A stretch of 64,000 nucleotides of DNA from NCBI RefSeq assembly GCF_009914755.1, contig NC_060929.1; one strand, given 5' to 3'. Of the stretch, positions 1 through 16,559 are shown piece by piece. The notes under the pieces were generated by a model. It worked only from the letters and a program-made list of their open reading frames with translations. It did not search any database and was not told the DNA's origin. This DNA is from the human T2T-CHM13v2.0 reference genome, Homo sapiens. Within the stretch, counting starts at the first letter, position 1; the number at the start of each line of letters is the position of its first letter. Both the position numbers and the translations under genes were made by a program.

Positions 1-3000
1 TCCACTTTTAATTCATAAATAGTGGGAATTTTGTCAAGATAAAGTTAATAAATTACTAAAGTAAAAATTTGCCACTGAGCAACAATGAAAGAGTTAAGGT
101 TTTACTTTGGGTTGTTGTGTTTCCTTTCTACCTAATATTTCTGGGTGCATGTCCCTCACAAAAGGACTTTACAATGGTTTCTGAAAGTCTTTCAGAGTTA
201 CAAGCCAGAAACGTATTTGTCATAGAAATATTACTCTTAAAAATACTGATAGTGCCTCTGTTCTATCAATCTCTCCACAGGACTCACGGTGAGAAAGAGA
301 GATGGGAAGAAATGTCTGTGTAGGAAACTTCTTTCTTTGAGGGTCTTGACTGGTTTTTCTTTCCTTTTTTAAAGGCAGCATAGTTGGAAGCACCTTTAGG
401 TCTAAAAGGGATTGAGTGAGAGAAACACATCATGAAACCAGAGCAAATACTAAAATATTTAAGGTAGGATAGGAAAGTCCAAGGACTAAAATTAGATCAG
501 CAAAAGCAAAATAACAAACAAACAAAAAGGGAATATTTGGGAGCACTGAGATTCAGCCAAGAGTTGGCGCTGCTGCTCAGTGAATGCCCCAGACAGTGTG
601 CCCTGGCAGCAAGTTGCTGAGGCTGGGGCCCAGGAATGCCTGGTGCTGCTAACAAGTACGCTGTGCAAGCATCTTCAAAGTGAGAGAAAAGAAGGGCACT
701 TCCGCGTGAGATGAGTTCTCCAAAGCCCTCATAGCTCTAGTCCTCACACTTTTCTGTCTTATTTGTCATTGGGGTTAGAGAGGGCTAGGAACTGAAAGCA
801 GGACAGACAGACCAAACAGGCACACAAAAGTCCATTGTAAAAAGTATCATTTTCAAGCTGAGGCTGCATATAATACATTCATAGAACGGGAATACCAGCC
901 TACTCATCATGGAAATGGTTATTTCATATTTAAGACCCTGAGAGAGTGTGAAAAGGGAATCCACATATGATTTACTTTTATTCCACACATTCTTAATTGA
1001 AGAGACAGAAAGATGCTGTTCTTTAAAAAGTAAATTGTCCAGCTTAGAGAATTCATCTGAAAAATAGCAGTCGTTTATATTAAAATCAGTGAAAAAAAAC
1101 TATGTTTCATATGACTGAGTATGACTGCTCCTTTTCAAACTCCAGATAAAGCAGTAGAAAGGCAATACTCTCAGGTCTTTGAACTTGAAGGCAGCTGTAA
1201 AACCAAAAGAAACAGAAATGGGCAGGGGAGGGGGACAAAGAGGGAAACATTGAGGGAAACCCATGAAGTGTGCAGAATATTATTCTGACTCCCACATCCT
1301 TGGTTGTTAAATAAATAAATTCTGTTTCCTGCCTAAAATTCGGCACACACTCTTACCTTACAAATTTCCTTGATTTTGCTCTATACTTTCTATTTCAAAT
1401 ATATTTCTGAATTTTAAATTTTGTGGATTAAGGAACACCTATCTTATTGCAATATATTGCAAGGATATTATCAGAAACTAACATGAGAAATGCAATTGTA
1501 TTTTTGCCACAATGGAACACTATTAGAGTGACACAGGACTTTTTTGCCACCTGTAAATGTCTCCTTTTTCTCTTTTTGTTGTCACTACATCCAAAATTTA
1601 TTTTTGAAATATATATTATTCATTATAAGAGCTTTTGAGTTCATATTTATTTATTAGTTGTATATATTGTTTTTCTATTTTTTTGGTGGAGGGAGTCTTT
1701 CTTAAAAAAAAATTTCTGATATGTCCTTTCTTCTAAACTGTTCTATTTTTTCCTAAAAGTAACCCCTTTATTGTGTTAATAATAAAAATCCAAAGAGCTT
1801 TATTCAAGGGTTTTAGACATTTTAAAAATCTGTTCTATTGTAATAAGAAACCTTGGAGACTCATTGAAATAGCAGCAAAGGCACAAGTTTCTTTTTATTA
1901 TGAAAGATGTTTATGTGAAGAACAAAATAGACAAGAGAAAGTAACTGCTTCAGAATACTTGATGGGCACTTTAATCTTCTATTAATATGCAAATTTTGTT
2001 CTTTAGAACCCCAGTAAGAGATTTCTTTTTCCATCAGGCTATTTGAAAGTAGTCCTATTCTCCCAAAGGTCCTTCTTGCATGAGTCTAAGTGAAACGGTG
2101 TTTTTTATGCTAATTCCCAAGATGCTCTTATATGCATCATTTTCTTTGGAAATTATATGGAGTTTATTGAACCACATTTGTAAAACATTCCACAGTTGAT
2201 TTCATTCTAAAGATCTCCTTTCATAGAAGTGATTCCCCTGTTGATCTGTGTCATAGGAGAAAGTTAAAGAAAATCAGTTTTAACAACATGGTAGAAATAA
2301 GAAAGGGCTTGTGGACAGAAACGAAGATGCCAACTTGTGAACAGGAAAAGAACAATTTCTATTGTGTAATTAACCTCGTCAAGAATTTGAGCCTACTAGA
2401 AACTACTCTGTTGATATCACAAATCACAATTATCAAGTACCACTTCATAAACATAAATCTCAAGAATAATAAGGTACGTGCCTACAGTCTCTTGGCTTTT
2501 TTAGAGACATTTATTCATATTTCATTTTATTTCAATACCTTGCCTTTTCAAAAGAGGTTGTAATTATAACAACAATGCCACAACAATTCCCTTAGGGATG
2601 TAGAAATTAGGCTGAACAATAAAATTATTTTTATATAGTCATATTGTCCTCCGTGCACCAACCACTTCAGTTACCTAGTTCATATTGAAAAGAATAAAAC
2701 ATTTTGCATTATTTATCCTCCTGTCTTATTGATAAAGAGGGAACTCTCAAACACCTTATCAATATGGTATCCAGACTATCATCTAATTATTTTTCTCAGG
2801 GAATGTATATTTATTGTTTACCCACCTTGTTACATGGTTTTAAATAAATAATAATATCTGGAAGAGCTTTGAGTAAATAGTATTTCTTCTGAACTGAACA
2901 GGTTATTATGATTTTTTTAAATTTATGTATTTATAGAAGTTATGAACCCTCCTCCCCCGAAACTCATCCTTACTTCAGAAATATTGACTCTTCATTTTTT

Positions 3001-4300
3001 TCTGGCATAAAAATTCCCTTCACAGTAAGTTATGATCCAGGCATAAAATTCAATCTCATCATACCTTTTTTTTTTTAAACCACAAAGCTGTACCCTTCAC
3101 CTTTATTATCCAATCTACGTACCTGAAATTCAGTTGTAAATGACATATGTTACCTTAAAGATTAAAATCACACTGAAAGAGAAGTTTTACTAACATGAAG
3201 GGAAAAGGGGCAGGCTTTCACCTGACATTGTGCCCTTTTAAATTTACAGACATATTTTGGAGATACTGAAGGTTTGGTTCTAGACCACCACCACAGTAAA
3301 GCAAATGTAGCAACAAAGCAAGTCACACAAATTTTTTGGTTTTTCAATGCATGTAAGAGTTATGTTTACACTATATTGTAACCTACTACGTGTGCAACGT
3401 TATGTTTAAAAAATAATGTGTATACCTGAATTTCAAAACACTTTTATTGCTAAAAATTGCTAACAATCATCTGAGCCTTCGGTGAGTCCTAATCTTTTGC
3501 TGGTGGAGGGTCTTGACTTGATGTTGATGGCAACTGACCAATCAGGGTGATGGTTGCTGAAGGCTGGGGTGCCTGCAGTAATTTCTTAAAATAAAACAGC
3601 AATAAAGTTTGCAATATTGCTTGATTCTTCCTTTCACAAAAGATTTCTCTGTAGCATGCAATGCCATTTGAATGCATTTTATCCTCAGTAGAACTTCCTT
3701 TAAAATTAGAGTCAATCCTCCCCAACCTTGTTACTGCTTTATCAACTCAAGTTTTCATAATATTCTAAGTCCTTTATTGCCATTTCAACAATATTTACAT
3801 CTTCTTCACCACGGAGAGATTCCATCTCAGAAATCATTTTATTTGTTCATCCATAAGAAGCAACTCCTCATCTTTTCAAGTTTTACGATGAGAATGCAGC
3901 AATTCAGTCACATCTTCAAGATCTACTTTTAACTCTGGTTCTCATCATTTTCACTTCATCTGCAGTTACTTCCTCCACTGAAGTCCTGAACCCCTCAAAA
4001 TCATCAATGATGGTTGAAATCAATGTCTTTCAAAGTTCTCTGACATCAATATTTTGACATCCTCCCGTGAATCACAAATGTTCTTATTGGCATCTGGAAT
4101 GCTAATTCCTTTCCAGAGGTTTTCAATTTACTTCGCTCAGATCCACCAGAGGAATCACTATCTAGGACAGCTATAGCTTTATTAAATGTATTTCTTAAAT
4201 AATAGGACTTGAAAAGTCAAAATTACTCCTTGGTCCATGGACTGCAGAATGAATATTATGTTAGCAGGTATGAAAACAATATTAATTTCCTTGTACATCT

Positions 4301-5459
<1,159 letters not shown>

Positions 5460-5496
5460 TCACTAAACTTAATCATTTCTAGGTTTTGATTTAAAG

Positions 5497-5717
5497 CAGG
5501 GGTGTTCAATCTTTTGGCTTCCCTGGGCCACACTGGAAGAAGAATAATTGTCTTGGGCCACACATAAAATACACTAACACTTAACAATAGCTGATGAGCT
5601 TCAAAAAATTGCAAAAAAACCTCATAACTTTAAGAAAGTTTACATATTTGTGGTGGGCCACATTCAAAGCTGTTCTGGGCTGCATGCAGCCCACAGGCTG
5701 TGGGTTGGACAAGGTTG
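5497..5717 (+). mobile_element. MER30 (hAT-Charlie MITE) inserted in Tigger1
   Basis: Runs caggggtgttcaatcttttggcttccctggg...gggttggacaaggttg, with a perfect 8-bp TSD atttaaag at 5489-5496 and 5718-5725. Confidence 0.92.
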
Positions 5718-6179
5718 ATTTAAAGTGAGAGCTGTGTGACTCTTCCTTGCACTTGAACACTTAGAGGCCTAATTTCAATACAGAGAATAGGGAGGCCTGA
5801 AGGCAGGGAAAGAGATTGAATAATGGCTGGTTGGTAGAGCAGTCAGAAGACACACATTTATTGATTAAATTTGCCATCTTTTAGGGATACAGTTTGAGAT
5901 GCCACAAAACAATTACAATAGTAACATCGAAGGCCACTTATCACAAATAACTATAGCAGATACAATAATATAGAAAAAGTTTGAAATATTGCAAGAATTA
6001 CTAAAATATGACACAGAGACACCAAGTAAGCACATGCTGTTAGTAAAATGGTGTTGATGATCTTGCTCAATTCAAGAGTGCCGCAAACCTGCAATTTGTA
6101 AAAGATGTAATACCTGTGAAGCACAATAAAGCAAAGTGCAATAAAACAAGGTATGTCTGTAATTTCCCTTTGGCTAGAG

Positions 6180-6495
6180 AGTCTTTCCCCATCTTTCACA
6201 CCTGGAAAAATTCCTCAAGATATGAGCCATACACCTCCCCACTCTTACAGACCTTTCCTTGATCCTTGCACTCTCTGCAGGTAAAATGGATCATTCCATC
6301 TATTGAACACAAATAAACAAAAGAACAAAAATTACTCACAATGTCTCTTACATATCTCTATCCCAATAGTTAATACACAGATTTGTAAACTTTTTGTTTA
6401 CATGCCAATTTCCTCGAATAAAGTGCAGTCATCTGTCTTTTTTATCTTTTTAATCCCCAGAACATACTTAAGACTCAATAATTTACTTGCCTAGC
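6180..6495 (+). mobile_element. Degraded L2 3' fragment
   Basis: L2-like tail (tttttatctttttaatccccag...ctcaataatttacttg). Boundaries approximate. Confidence 0.45.
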
Positions 6496-8806
6496 CAGTG
6501 TATGGGCTTGACTACTACTGTTTTAAAAATGAACATGTGTAGGGGCAAAGTTTCAGGGGTAAGAACTTATCTTCATCTCTATAATGCTTTCTGACTAGGT
6601 TAATCGTAAAATCTAAAGATCTACTGGTGCTATTTTTAAATGGAAAGCTCACTTTTACAGTGTAAATATTAGGTAGAGTTCTAGCAGTATAATCAATTAT
6701 ATAGCGTTAGGTTAATTAGAAAGAGAAAAATCCCTACAGCACTGAAATGTATGGCAACTCCTTCAACATTTGCCGGTTGAGATCTGTAGAACTAGCCTGA
6801 CGATAAAAAATATCATTCCTTAGCAATAACAACTGTGGTGTATTGATAACCAATAATTTAAATCTCCACAGATTTAACAAACAGTACCTACTGCTTTGGA
6901 ACCTCGATGCAGTGAAAAGCATGGGATTTTAGCAATAGCAAGCAACAGGAACTAACACTAGTCACACACAAAAATTGATGGAGTGGGTTTGAGGATTGGT
7001 TTACAAAGCACAGAGCTGACTAAGTTATTGCCACTTGGTGCAGCCAGCACATTAGGGATAATAGCTGTGCAGACCATGGATAGTTATAGATACTAGCTCA
7101 GCAGAATCTAATCTCACCTAGAGAGAAATATTTATATTTAGTATACAAGTTTTTTTCAAAGGCATGAAAAGAGAGTCCACAATACACATTTGGATGGAAT
7201 TTGTTCCATGGATGAGAGTAAAAAATACTATCTTAAATGGATTACTTGTGGGCATTAGAACCTGGGAGCTAGCGAAGCTACTAGCTGAAACCTTGATCAA
7301 AATATAGTCATTACAACTGTGTTTCCTGAGATAAATCAGAGTAAAAAATCCAATACAGTGCACACAATAGCATCCCTGAGAAATCTCTCACCATGCAGAT
7401 ATGATCCACTTAGAAATAAAGGATATGTCTAATGTATTTAGCAACAATTAATACTGGCTTTTGTCATTATCTTTGAAGTTGAAGTAGTTGGCCTCTGTCA
7501 ACCCTTGTCTTCAAAGTTAAGAATTTGTCATATTTAAGTTTTTCAATGATGACTAAATGTATTCCTTAAGGATATGTGTTCCCACTACTGAACTTTCTTA
7601 GAAAATTGGTGGGCCTGCAAAGTAAATTATAATGTTCAATTATTTTCCTAATAAAACAACTAACCTTTGCTTTATGCACTAGGAATGTCCTCAGGAAAGA
7701 GAAACTAGAGAGAATTAGGTAAATTTCTTCTCTCATTATAAAGTGATATGCATTAAAAATAAAATAATCAGTGACCACAGTTTGAAATTATTTCCACAAT
7801 CTTTAGCATTAGATTCACCATTTGTGCTCTATGCTCATTTCTACTGAAGCTCGAGGTTGGAGGAATAGTGTTTAAACCTGTGGTCAGAGAGAAAAGGTAA
7901 TTCTAGTAACAGTTTTAGAAAGCAAACTTTGCATGTACCAGAATGGAAATACATGAACTTTTAAGGAGAAGCCCTATCAGAGTAAGAATAATCCCAAAGT
8001 GTAACAAATGGTATGACATAGTGAGTCTTGTTTTGGTAACATCGAGCATAATATTTTACATAGTATTGGTAAAAAGACAACTGGGTGTTTGTTGAGGTAT
8101 TGAGTTCACATTGTCATGTGTACCACAGGGAAATTTCTCAGTAAATGAGAAATTCTTCAGATAGCTTGTCATGTCCTTACCAGCCAACCAGAGAATTAAA
8201 TTGCTACTCATGCTTAGCAAAGTGCAACAGGGCAGTTATGGGGTCAAATTTTCCAGGACCTTTGTAGCTAATTAGTAGGAATTCAAAGGTTATTCTCTGG
8301 AACTCTAAGGAAGTTGCTGACTTGTCTCTATTTCTCCTTTCTGGCACTCTTTCCCATAAGCTAAGGTATTTTATGAGACTTTTTTTTTATTTCTACCATT
8401 TAGATCCTATTGTAAACTTATACTTGCAACGCAACTTCAAATACAAAGCCACTTTTTCTAATCCAAAACAAATAATTTTGATTCATAAAAGGCTAATGGG
8501 ACATTTTTGAGATGCTGCATACATATTGGGAACTCTTTCTGCTTATAGGCTCATAATTTATCTACCCACAGGTAACTGTTAACTGTGCACAGAGGCCTAT
8601 CTATTGTGTAGTAATAGATAATTTTATTATCTATTAATAAAAACACATAAATTTTATTAGTTCCTCAAAACCACTTTGGAGATGATTGCTCAGAATTATG
8701 GGATCAGGGATAGAAGTATCTTGTCTTACCCCAATTACAGAGGGACAATCTTTTAAACAAATGACACTCCTAATCCATTTATATCTAGTATCACCAAAAT
8801 CAAACT

Positions 8807-9515
<709 letters not shown>

Positions 9516-9518
9516 TAG

Positions 9519-9825
9519 CAATGCAACTTAAAGTGTGTTTTATGAACTGGTTCCAATCTATAACATAACATGATAAGTACAAAAATTAAGAGAATCATTT
9601 AGAATGTTTATACTAATTTGACAGTACTATGACATCTATCTATGTGAGCAGTGAACTCATTGTGTTGCAAGTGTAGACCAGTTCTAGTGTTGCCAGGATC
9701 ATAGGTTAGGTTGTGTGTGGCTTGGTGGGAACACGGGTTTTGAGAATAGACCCCCATGTCATTCCACTACAAATCACAGATTTTAAGAGAATAGTCCTTC
9801 ACCACAAAGAGTTTGAGAAACTCTT
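9519..9825. mobile_element. hAT-Charlie-like non-autonomous DNA transposon relic
   Basis: Termini resemble Charlie/MER5-type ends (caatgcaacttaaagtgtg... and ...caccacaaagagtttgagaaact). Confidence 0.45.
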
Positions 9826-11172
9826 TCTGCCATCTGCAATCTGGCACCAGCCCCTTTCCATTCCCTCTTGGACCACTTGCCTCCTCCTTTTCTTTACTGG
9901 ACCACAGGAGCCTTCTGACTTACAGAACAATTAATGATCTTTCTCCCCTCAGCCTTTTGCACTTGCAGTTCCTCATGCCTGTAATAATCATCATCCCATC
10001 CCATCAATTGCTTTGATATATTCTTACATCTAAGAGTTAGGTTTGTACCTTCTGTTTAGAGAAATTCCACATGCTTTTTTCTTCCCCAAATGTTCTTTTT
10101 CCAATTTCCTCTCTTGTTTTGAAGAACTGTCTGTTTCTTTTCATTTGCTTTGAAGATTTTTTTCCTTCTTTTTTTTTTTTCTTTTACTAATCCCTTCTCT
10201 TTAGCAGTTGTCTTCTAGGATATGCTTCTGGACATGAAATGGTTTCTTTGTGCTTTATGTTTTTGGGCTGACATGCGTCCATTTCATTCTTTCAGCACTC
10301 TGACATATAGTGACCAAAAGGCATATTTCTTTTCCAGTTTTGCAAAGCTCAGCTCATTTCAGTTAGACAATCAAGTGGTTGCCAAAGTTTGCCTTTGTTG
10401 CTCTGCCGACATGAAGAGGGGAGTATTCTGAGTGTCAAGTGTAAAACAGTCCAGTTTGTGAGAAAAAAAGACAGGCAGAGATTACTATAACATAGGAGAC
10501 AGGGAGTGAAGGGAAAACTAAAAAGGAAACCAATAAGAAGAACAAATGGCAGCTCCAGACAAAGCTATATGTTTCTAGCATCATTTAATACTCTGAAAAG
10601 CTAAATATATTCCTTAGGTTATTCATTGATTTAAAACTTTAATAGTACATTTATGGACCTCAACCAAAATGAATTGCTGACCTCTGATTTTGATGTTATT
10701 TTAGGTGTTCTGCAGGACCAGATATAATCCATGCAGAAAATAAAACTAAGTCTTGGGTGAAATCCATGTGAAAATAATTTCTTGTTAATATATGGCTTTG
10801 AAAAAATTTGCAATTAAATACACTGGATTGATTCATGTAATAATACCTCATCTAAGGTTATTTTTCCAATTATATCTACCATTCCAAAACCCATTGCAAG
10901 CATTACTACACTCAAGTATTTTTATAGACAGATGCAAATTATTTAAAGAATTCTCTTTTTAAAAATTTAAGTGCTATAATTCTTGGGGGTTACAATAAAC
11001 AGTAGGAAATGTTAAATTTCCTAGTTCAATACAGAAAAGGAAATTTTGCAGTTCTTTGCTTTTTAGGAATATCACTACAGGGAAAAGAATAGCATGTGTC
11101 TACAAGCAGCCAAGCTGTTGATTACTAGACTAAGCAGTATTTAATAAAAGAAAAAGAGAAAAAATAGAAATA

Positions 11173-11480
11173 GGCCGGGTGTGGTGGCTCACACCTGTAA
11201 TCCCAGAACTTTGGGAGACCGAGGCAAGAAAATTGCTTGAGCTCAGGAGTTCAAGATCAGCCTGGGAAACACAGCAAGACCTAGTCTCTACTAAAATTAA
11301 AAATAAAAGTCAGTTGGTCATGGTGGCACCTGCCTGTAGTCCAAGCTACTAGAGTAGCTGAGGTGAGAGGGTCACTTGAGCCCAGGAGATCGAGGCTGCA
11401 CTGTGCTATCATCATGCCACTGCACTCCAGCCTGGGTGACAGAGCATGCCCTTATCCAAAAAAAAAAAAAAAAAAAAAAA
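11173..11480 (+). mobile_element. AluJ
   Basis: AluJ motifs ttgcttgagctcaggagttcaagatcagcctggg and gagcccaggagatcgaggctgca, with a long poly(A). Confidence 0.93.
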
Positions 11481-12024
11481 GGGTAACAAACAATGCTTTA
11501 ATTTGATAATAATAACATCATTAAAGAGGGAATGGAGAACAGAAAAAGGCTGAATCTTTGTCCCTGTGCTTCTTTACCAGGGCCAATGTCATGTCAGGAA
11601 GGTATTGTGCCAAGGGTCAGAAGAAATGTTGTGATAAACTACCCCATCTTGTTCCAAATTATGAAATCCTCTTGCTAACTGTTCTGTTTCCTCCTCCTCC
11701 ATTGTCACCAGAATGCTACCATTCACTCTCACCTGGACCACTGCAATAGCCTCCTCTCTGTCTCTTTCCTTCCAAGTGTATCTTTCTCTAATTTGTTATT
11801 CTCCTTCAATCACTGTTTTTTTGTGCAAGATATAAATTGATCTGCTTAAATCTGCAGTACTTTCCCATTGCCTGTATACTCTTTCTTTAGTCATCGAAAG
11901 GACATAGGATGCAAAGTCTGGCCCTCACCTCTATGTAACTCTCTCTATAACTCATTCTATCCCATTCTTTCTTGGTTCTCCATGTGCCATTTTAGGGGGC
12001 AGGGGGCTTCTGAATAAGAGCCCC

Positions 12025-12270
12025 AAAAAAAGAGGAAAGGGGGAGGGGTAGGAGAAAAAGGAAGAAGAAGAGGAAAAGAAAAAGAGGAAAGAAGAAGAGG
12101 AGGAGGAGATGAAAGGGGGAGAGAGAGAAAAGGGGAAGGGGAGGAGAGGGAGAGAAAAGGGAAGAAAGAAAAGAAATGGGAGGACATGGGAGATGGAGGG
12201 AGGGGGAGGAGGAGGAGGAGAGGAGGAGGATGGGGAGGAGGAAGAGTGAAAGAGAATTTAAATAGAGAGA
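12025..12270 (+). repeat. GA-rich polypurine low-complexity tract
   Basis: ~245 bp almost exclusively G/A (gaggaggaggag, gggaaggggaggagaggg). Confidence 0.9.
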
Positions 12271-13479
12271 ATGGGGTAGTGTTGAGGAGTATTTGAGAAA
12301 AAGATCTGTATCTTCTTTGCTTCCCAAATAGTAAGTTGGCTGAGTAGTAAGATCATATCTATTTTTTCCGTCATTGAATACTTAGAGCCTGGCATGGTAC
12401 CTGACACGTAACAGACACTCAATAAATATATATTCATGAATGCATTTGTTCTAAATTTGCAAAATCTAGTGAAATGGCTTATTCCTTTGTAATTAATTTT
12501 CAGTACTCTTGTCTATTGAACAGCAACATAATGTCATTTATAGAAATCACAAAAGATACAAAAGGAAAAGTATAAGGTAGTGAAAATCAATACTATTGAC
12601 ATCTTCCAAAGAATAATTATGACTAACATTTGCTATATACCTTTTGGAAATTGCACTAGTCAAACTTTGTTTCCTGCCTTTCTTATCCTATTTTTTAAGT
12701 CATACTATATGCCATGATAGGTTGTTCCGATTCCCTCCAAAAGTATAACATAGATATTTTCAGTGTGGCATATATTTATTTAAAAAATACTTTCATTGGA
12801 TAAATAATGTTTCTGGATGACTTATTTTAGCTCCAAATAATTTGAAAAAAAAATGACTTTTCATCTTAGTGCCTCCGATAGTTACTCAGCCCCTATATCC
12901 ATCCCCACTGCCAACAACATGATGTTTGGCAATGGACAGTTGAAAGGAAATTCTCTAATTTCTTCATGCACCTGTTTACCCTGGTTGGAAATGCCATGGT
13001 TAATCTGAACAACCACATTTTGTGGAATCAGCCAGATCCCTTGAATATGTCCAAAACTTTTCTACCTGATATGGAAGAGCCTCTCTGTACCCCATTAGAC
13101 TCTTAACAAGCAGAGCTCTACTGCCAGAAAAAAACAAGCAATAGATGAAGCCAGGTTTTCTATTTCTGTCTCCATCTTCCTCCCTCAAAGTAAGGAGTTT
13201 CCTAGATCTGCTGTATGGACAGGAAACAATAATATACACTACTCCCTCTACCCTCAGGTCATTGGTCCCGGAGCATCAAGAAAGAAAACACTGAACAAAA
13301 AGCAATCTTATTTAAGACCTTAGATTTCAAGTGCAGAAGTATGCTGGTTACATTTATTTTCTATTTTAAAAATGGAAATTTTTGAAAAGATTTACATAAT
13401 GATAAGAAAGATTGTTTATAATATCATCAAGTTAAAAGCAAGAAATAAAATTCTATTTTCAGTAGCGTATTATATTTAA

Positions 13480-14100
13480 GTGCACAGTATATGGAGGCAG
13501 ATTGCCTGAGTTTGTATCCTAGATCTGCAACTTACTAGCCTTGTAATCTTGGGCAAATTACTCAAACTCTTTCTGCCTCAGTTTCTTTCTTTATTCTTAA
13601 TTGAGGTGAAATTCATATAACACAATTAACCATTTTTCACTGTACGATTCAGTGACACTTAGTGCATACACAATGCTTTGCAACCATCACCTCTCTCTAG
13701 TTTCAAAACTTTTTTCATTACCCCAGAAAAGCACAGTATCACACTGAGTTATTCCATACCACCTTCTCCCCTTCATTTCCTAGCAATTAATTTATTTTCT
13801 GTCTCTTTTTGCATATTCTAGATATTTCATATAAAAGGAATCATGTAATGCGTAAGCTTTTTACCTGGCTTCTTCACCTAGCATAATGTTTTCAAGGTTG
13901 ACCCACATCATAGAATTAAAAAAAGCAGTATGTACTCCATTCTTTTCCACGGCAGAATAATATTCCATTGCACAGCTATACAAAAATTTGCTTATCTATT
14001 TATCCATTAATTAACATTAAAGTTAATTTGTTTAATAGTCCTTATCTTATAGGGTTCTTATGAAGATCTAACTAATTAATATTTGGAAAGCACATAAAAT
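13480..14100 (+). mobile_element. MIR split by an L1 fragment
   Basis: MIR core (ttgggcaaattactcaaactctttctgcctcagtttc) stops near 13587 and resumes near 14030 (taatagtccttatcttatagggttcttatgaag). Confidence 0.7.
13588..14020 (-). mobile_element. L1M (L1MB-like) 3' UTR fragment
   Basis: Reverse L1MB-type 3' end: ttaattgaggtgaaattcatataac...tgcaaccatcacc...ctggcttcttcacctagcataatgttttcaagg. Confidence 0.8.
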
Positions 14101-15924
14101 ATTGCTTATTTCTATGTTTCTTAAAATGGATATAGTTCTATACTTGTAACTGTATATGTTATTCATATTTGCATATCTATGGAAATCACTGATCAAAAAT
14201 ATACCAAATAGATAACAATTACTTTCCTAAGTGTTGATATTGTGAATGGCTTTTATATTTTCTGAGGGTTTTATATTTTTTGAAATTTTAAATAAATGTA
14301 TCCCTTTTATGTAAAATACATAAAAATTAAAATTACTTTGTGAGATACACTTAATCATTATTCATATGTAATTTCAGCATCATGTCTATCCATTTAGAAT
14401 TTGTCTAACAAACAGTTTCATGAGTACATATGCACATGGAATTTAATGTTCTTTTTAAACTATATTTTTCTATTTTCCAATGGCAAGTGTCCTAAGTAAA
14501 ATTTGCCCTAGACATTGTCTGCAGCTATCTTTTCCTGTGTGTTATTGCAGTTCTAAAGCTCATGATTTGAGAAACCTCTTGTCCAGGACCCTCAGCCTCC
14601 TCTATCTTATCTAGCACCCATGAGGGTATACTGCTGGTGCTCCAGAGGTAGCGTCATCAAGTTGAAAGCTGCATCACAGAGCCACACTGCAGTGGCTGGT
14701 ATGAGCCACTTTTTCCTAAAGGGACCATTACACTGACCCTAAACAGGCTTGTATTGGTATTGATATCAGTTCTACTAAGTGTTGAAAACTGCAAGTGAGG
14801 CCCATTGGCTGCCAGTGAGAAAGAGGAGAGCAGCAGTGGTTACAGACTCATCCATTATAAGTGTAACCCATGACAGCATGAAACCTACTCATCCTAAATC
14901 CATGTTGCAGAAACCCAATGTAAAATTTCTGGTGCCTTCTTTAGACAATAGCCTAGTCATTGTACTATATCTTAGTCCCTTGTAGAATGAAACTTAGGAT
15001 ATAAAAAACAAATATCCTACTTTTCCTTTTGTGATTGAAACCAGTTATATAATTGCAGAAAACTACATAATACCTTTAATAATGCATATATGAAATTTAC
15101 AGAATAATCTCTGTACTCCTTGACTGTGTATCCAGAAAATAAATAAATGTCACTTAATTATAAGATCTGGCTTTTTGTGGTACCCATATTCAGATGCTCT
15201 ATTTTCCACTGTACTGAACAGAATAGGCCAAAGAGATACTCTGATGCATGTAAAAACCAGCCAGTTGCATCACTTTTTTTTCTGTTTTTCTACAGCATTT
15301 TTTGAAACACTATGTCAAAAATAATTTCTCCCATTATCACTTGAGACTACATAAAAATTTCTGCATGCTGTCCTTTGCAATTCATTTCTATCAATAAATA
15401 TATTTCTATTAGACCTTAAAAAATATGGCTGTTGTTTTCTTTCTTGTGACTACTATGAATAAAGGGTAGAGATGAAACCATAAACAACTGGAATATTTTC
15501 ATAAAACTGAAGAGTTATGTCAATAATAATATCCCTAAAAACCAAACAAACTTCCTGAAAACAATATGAAGTAAAAGGGAGGGCCACTTTCAGAGAAACA
15601 AAATGTCTTCTTACTCTTTTTCGTTTTAATTAAAATGAATGAAAACAAAATGAGATAGGAGAAATCATACCTCACTTTCTACATAGTCCTTCAGGCAGGT
15701 TTACTAAATGACACTTGGCAAAATTGAATAAAGGATTTTATAAATTCCACTCCTGGAATTTATGACATGATCTCATATCTCACCAGTGCAATGTTGCATA
15801 AGGCTGCATGAAATTGCCCAGTTCTGTGGTACCAATGTATACTATTATTAGGAACAATGTAACAGTTCAAATCATATCACATTAAAAAGGTTCAACAACT
15901 TTACCATATCAGCTTGCCCCTTGA

Positions 15925-16271
<347 letters not shown>

Positions 16272-16559
16272 TTACATTTTGTTTATTTTCATTTCAGTAT
16301 GAATTTAACAAATAATCACCAAAATCCAAATATGCCTAACTCTATATGAGGTAAACATAAGTTAGTATTTTGTCTAAAGCAAATGTAAGTAAAAGATTAA
16401 GATAGAATATATGTCAAAGACTTGTGGAAAAAAATGTTCTGTTCCTTCATAGAGAGGGATGAACGGAGGTAAAGCTACTCACCTAGTGTGTAACTGCCAA
16501 AGGTCAATTCAAAGAGCCCATGGAGCACATGTGTTCTTTCCCATGACCCCAGTTCTCAT

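Noticed and set aside
271-294. 8-nt microexon (ctctccacag|gactcacg|gtgaga)
   Set aside because: Not frame-preserving, no flanking gene context, and compatible with chance.
10157-10431. Exon after a long polypyrimidine tract with tactaat and tagcag
   Set aside because: Acceptor-like, but no convincing downstream donor and the 69-aa ORF is unrecognisable.
11957-12327. Ser/Pro/Leu/Phe-rich ORFs
   Set aside because: Artefacts of the stop-free polypyrimidine strand.
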